DNA of 19,434 nucleotides from Promethearchaeia archaeon (GTDB taxonomy: Archaea; Asgardarchaeota; Lokiarchaeia; Sigyniarchaeales; SOKP01), in the NCBI GenBank assembly GCA_046497275.1, contig JAWOFX010000145.1, forward strand, positions 1 through 19,434, written 5' to 3'. The number at the start of each line of letters is the position of its first letter. Within the stretch, counting starts at the first letter, position 1. Shown one piece after another: positions 17,013-19,434 of this stretch. The position numbers and the translations under genes were made by a program. Under the pieces are notes generated by a model. It worked only from the letters and a program-made list of their open reading frames with translations, was not told the DNA's origin and did no database searches.

Positions 17013-17867
17013 TTACTCAGAATTTTGGGATTTTGTTTTAGTGGAGTCAAATTTTTCATTAAATCCCTCTATTAAAGTAGGTGTACGAATATCGATCTTA
17101 TAATCCTCACAAATGTAATATACTGCTTTTTTTAGTTGATAATCAAATCTCGGTATGATCTTACTATTATTAATGAAGACTATAAGTCTGTATTTAACCG
17201 CATTATTTAAGAATTCATATACATCTACTCGTGGCTTGGGATACTGAAGAATATTATCAAATTTTTCTGCGGCTCCAATTAAAGCTTTTTCGACTAATCT
17301 CGGGTCAACACCATACCCAGGAGTAATAAATATTTCTCGTCGAAGTATTTTATGACTTCCAAAATTCTGTATTTCTTCCTTTATTAGTTTTTGATTGGGA
17401 ACAGAAATTCTGACTCCATCAACATCTTCTAATAAAGTATAGATAAGCTTGATATCTATAACGTCAGCTATACGTTCTAGAAAATAAATTCTGTCTCCCA
17501 CTTTAAAGGGTTTAATAGCGATAATAATTATACCTGCTATTAGATTGCCTAGAGTATTCATAGAAGCAAAACCTATAACCGTTCCGGCTGATACTGTTAT
17601 AAGTCCGGTAAATAAACTCAAAGTCTCCGCAAATTGAATTGCAATAATAGTTAAAACTACTATATAGATCACTAATTTAAAAAGTCGAATAATATTTTTG
17701 GCAGTTGATTCATCAATTTTTTCTTTTCGTTGTTGACGCTTAATTTGCTTTTTTACTAAAAAAATTATAACCCAGCCTATTAGGATTGTGACCCCAGCAG
17801 CTATGAAAGACCAAATATGAGTTACAAGCCAATTTCCAATTTCTGATAAAATTTCAAAAAATTCTAT
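17013..17867 (-). CDS. mscS: Small-conductance mechanosensitive channel (MscS family); N-terminus extended to a probable ATA start
   Basis: GTVIGFASMNTLGNLIAG, KPFKVGDRI, ISVPNQKL. The frame stays open upstream of the listed GTG (17672) to a TAA at 17873-17871 and adds a transmembrane segment. With ATA at 17867 the protein is 284 aa, a typical MscS length. The start position is inferred. Confidence 0.85.
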   Translation of the reverse strand: MEFFEILSEIGNWLVTHIWSFIAAGVTILIGWVIIFLVKKQIKRQQRKEKIDESTAKNIIRLFKLVIYIVVLTIIAIQFAETLSLFTGLITVSAGTVIGFASMNTLGNLIAGIIIIAIKPFKVGDRIYFLERIADVIDIKLIYTLLEDVDGVRISVPNQKLIKEEIQNFGSHKILRREIFITPGYGVDPRLVEKALIGAAEKFDNILQYPKPRVDVYEFLNNAVKYRLIVFINNSKIIPRFDYQLKKAVYYICEDYKIDIRTPTLIEGFNEKFDSTKTKSQNSE

Positions 17868-17870
17868 GAA

Positions 17871-17881
17871 TTATCAACTCA
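17871..17881 (-). promoter_or_regulatory. TGAGTTGATAA SD-like motif before the extended mscS frame
   Basis: Minus strand TGAGTTGATAA-TTC-ATA, same spacing as before the etfB ATG. Confidence 0.55.
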
Positions 17882-18055
17882 ATTAGTTAATGATTAGTCA
17901 TTAATTATTTCCGTTTCTTCTATATTTCATCCTATTTACTCTTTTACAAATTTATTCATTAAATTCTAAAGAAAAAGTTAGAAGGAAACATTTTCAATCT
18001 TAGATTTAATAAGGAGTTTTAGAGATTAGATTTCATTATTCTAAAATCGAAAACA

Positions 18056-18466
18056 TCAATCATTTTCTTTTTTCATTTTTTCAAATAAAGCCTTATATTC
18101 TTCGATATATTTTTCATCATTTGTTTCCTCAATTTTTTCAATAAGTTCGATTGACTTACTGAGAGCATCTGAGCGATTTTTTATTTTTTTTAAAAAAAAA
18201 TCTTTGTTGAATTTTCCCCTGACCACAGTTAATTGAGATTTCATTTCTTTTATGGATTCTTCCATCGCATTCTCAACTTCGATAACTTCATCGAATACGC
18301 CTAGCTGAAGTTCTCTTTTCCTTTTCTCTAATTTGAGACAGTTTTCACACACAATCTCTCCTTCAGCTTTAGGATCTCTAAAAAAGGGATTTCCACATCG
18401 AGAACATGCGATTAATTCCAGAGATAATTTTGAGGTATTATTTTCATTATTGTGTAAATCGGTCAT
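18056..18466 (-). CDS. Hypothetical protein: Cys4 zinc-binding motif plus charged helical/coiled-coil C-terminus
   Basis: CSRCG-x14-CENC followed by a K/E-rich helical region. Confidence 0.8.
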   Translation of the reverse strand: MTDLHNNENNTSKLSLELIACSRCGNPFFRDPKAEGEIVCENCLKLEKRKRELQLGVFDEVIEVENAMEESIKEMKSQLTVVRGKFNKDFFLKKIKNRSDALSKSIELIEKIEETNDEKYIEEYKALFEKMKKEND

Positions 18467-18850
18467 AAACTCAAAAACCCACTCTTAAATTAATAAATTA
18501 ATCTCTTATTATAAGTAATATCTCGAATTACAAATATAACTTTATTTTTTTAACTAAGTATTTTTGATAATTGCAAATGTGAGCTCTCATTTTAATTTGA
18601 ATCGAAATAAGTAAAAAAAGAAATTCAGAATTTTTCATGCGATGTCAAATAAACAATTACTTTTATCTCGATATTAATATTTTGAGGTTATATCCTTAGA
18701 TACTGTTCTTTAATTATTTTAGTTCTAAGAATTCAAACATCCATTAACCATCCAAACTTCCATGAAACTTTCATAAGGATGTTTATATATAGAATTGAAT
18801 CGTAATCAATATTCAATGTTTTTTAAGAAATTTATAAATCTAATATAAAC

Positions 18851-18861
18851 TGAGTTGATAA
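18851..18861 (+). promoter_or_regulatory. TGAGTTGATAA SD-like motif before the beta-helix gene
   Basis: TGAGTTGATAA-AATTTT-ATG (18868). Confidence 0.55.
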
Positions 18862-18867
18862 AATTTT

Positions 18868-19434
18868 ATGAGAAGTTTTAAGACAAAAATTAAAAGAGAG
18901 ATTATTTTTCTCTTAGGATCCTGCCTACTTTTAAGTGCTACATTTCTAAATATGTTTCCATTAATAAAAGTTGATAATTTAAGCGAAAAAGATGGAAATC
19001 AAGACCACCGAGGATTACATGGAGCATATTTTAATAATTCAATGACGCCAATATATATCGATGGAGATGCCACAGGAGTCGGTGCTCATAATTGGACGTG
19101 GGCAGTAAACCAACCATGGTGTTCAGGGAGTGGCACGTGGAATGATCCTTATGTGATCAAGAACATCATGATCGATGGTAAAGGAACTGAGAATTGTATA
19201 GAAATCCGTGATTCCAGTGTTCCTTTCATAATACGCAATACTTCATTATATGATGCCTCATCTGCGAATTATAAAGCCGCTATTCGTTTGGATCATGTCA
19301 ATAATTCCCTCATTATAGAGAATAATTGTTCCAATAATGGCCACATCGGCATTATCTTGTATGAACATTGCAATAATAATACCATAAAAAGAAATATCAT
19401 GCATGACAATCAAAATGCTGGGATTTCACTGAGA
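18868..19434 (+). CDS. Secreted or membrane-anchored right-handed parallel beta-helix (NosD-like) protein, truncated at window end
   Basis: Manual translation gives 189 open codons: MRSFKTKIKREIIFLLGSCLLLSATFLNMF (signal/TM-like), PIYIDGDATGVGAHNWTWAVNQPWCSGSGTWNDPYVIKNIMIDG, then Asn-rich repeats (IIENNCSNN, GIILYEHCNNNTIKRNIMHDNQNAGISL). Not in the supplied ORF track. Confidence 0.85.
   Translation, partial: MRSFKTKIKREIIFLLGSCLLLSATFLNMFPLIKVDNLSEKDGNQDHRGLHGAYFNNSMTPIYIDGDATGVGAHNWTWAVNQPWCSGSGTWNDPYVIKNIMIDGKGTENCIEIRDSSVPFIIRNTSLYDASSANYKAAIRLDHVNNSLIIENNCSNNGHIGIILYEHCNNNTIKRNIMHDNQNAGISLR

Noticed and set aside
18762-18774. Palindrome ATGAAA-C-TTTCAT and nearby CATCCA direct repeat
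   Set aside because: Too short to exceed chance, and not repeated elsewhere.
1-19434. CRISPR array, tRNA or rRNA genes
   Set aside because: No regularly spaced repeats and no GC-rich structured RNA-like segment seen by eye; a covariance-model scan was not run.

Overview
AT-rich (roughly 30% GC by eye) prokaryotic window, most likely from an Asgard archaeon of the Lokiarchaeia type. That assignment is an inference from the terminal beta-helix gene motif, the GPH transporter, the oligo-T terminators and the composition. Left half, minus strand: MBL-fold hydrolase, radical SAM protein, a split AdoCbl-dependent acyl-CoA mutase (large subunit plus B12-binding subunit), its MeaB chaperone and a GPH-family MFS transporter. 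A probable ISL3-type transposase tail sits at the left edge. Centre: a double zinc-ribbon protein, an unlisted 57-aa 8-Cys microprotein, an acyl-CoA dehydrogenase-etfB-etfA operon (EtfA carries an N-terminal 2x[4Fe-4S] domain) and a convergent SDR. Right half: a DUF2585-like membrane protein, three tandem ACT-domain paralogs, a SAM methyltransferase, an MscS channel that appears to start at ATA, a Cys4/coiled-coil protein and a truncated secreted beta-helix protein. The strongest novelty signal is the mutase: its specificity residues (Phe, Tyr and Asn at the positions of MCM Tyr89, Arg207 and His244) match none of the MCM, ICM or HCM signatures. It lies next to beta-oxidation-type redox genes, suggesting an uncharacterised carbon-skeleton rearrangement pathway. 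No rRNA, tRNA or CRISPR array was seen.
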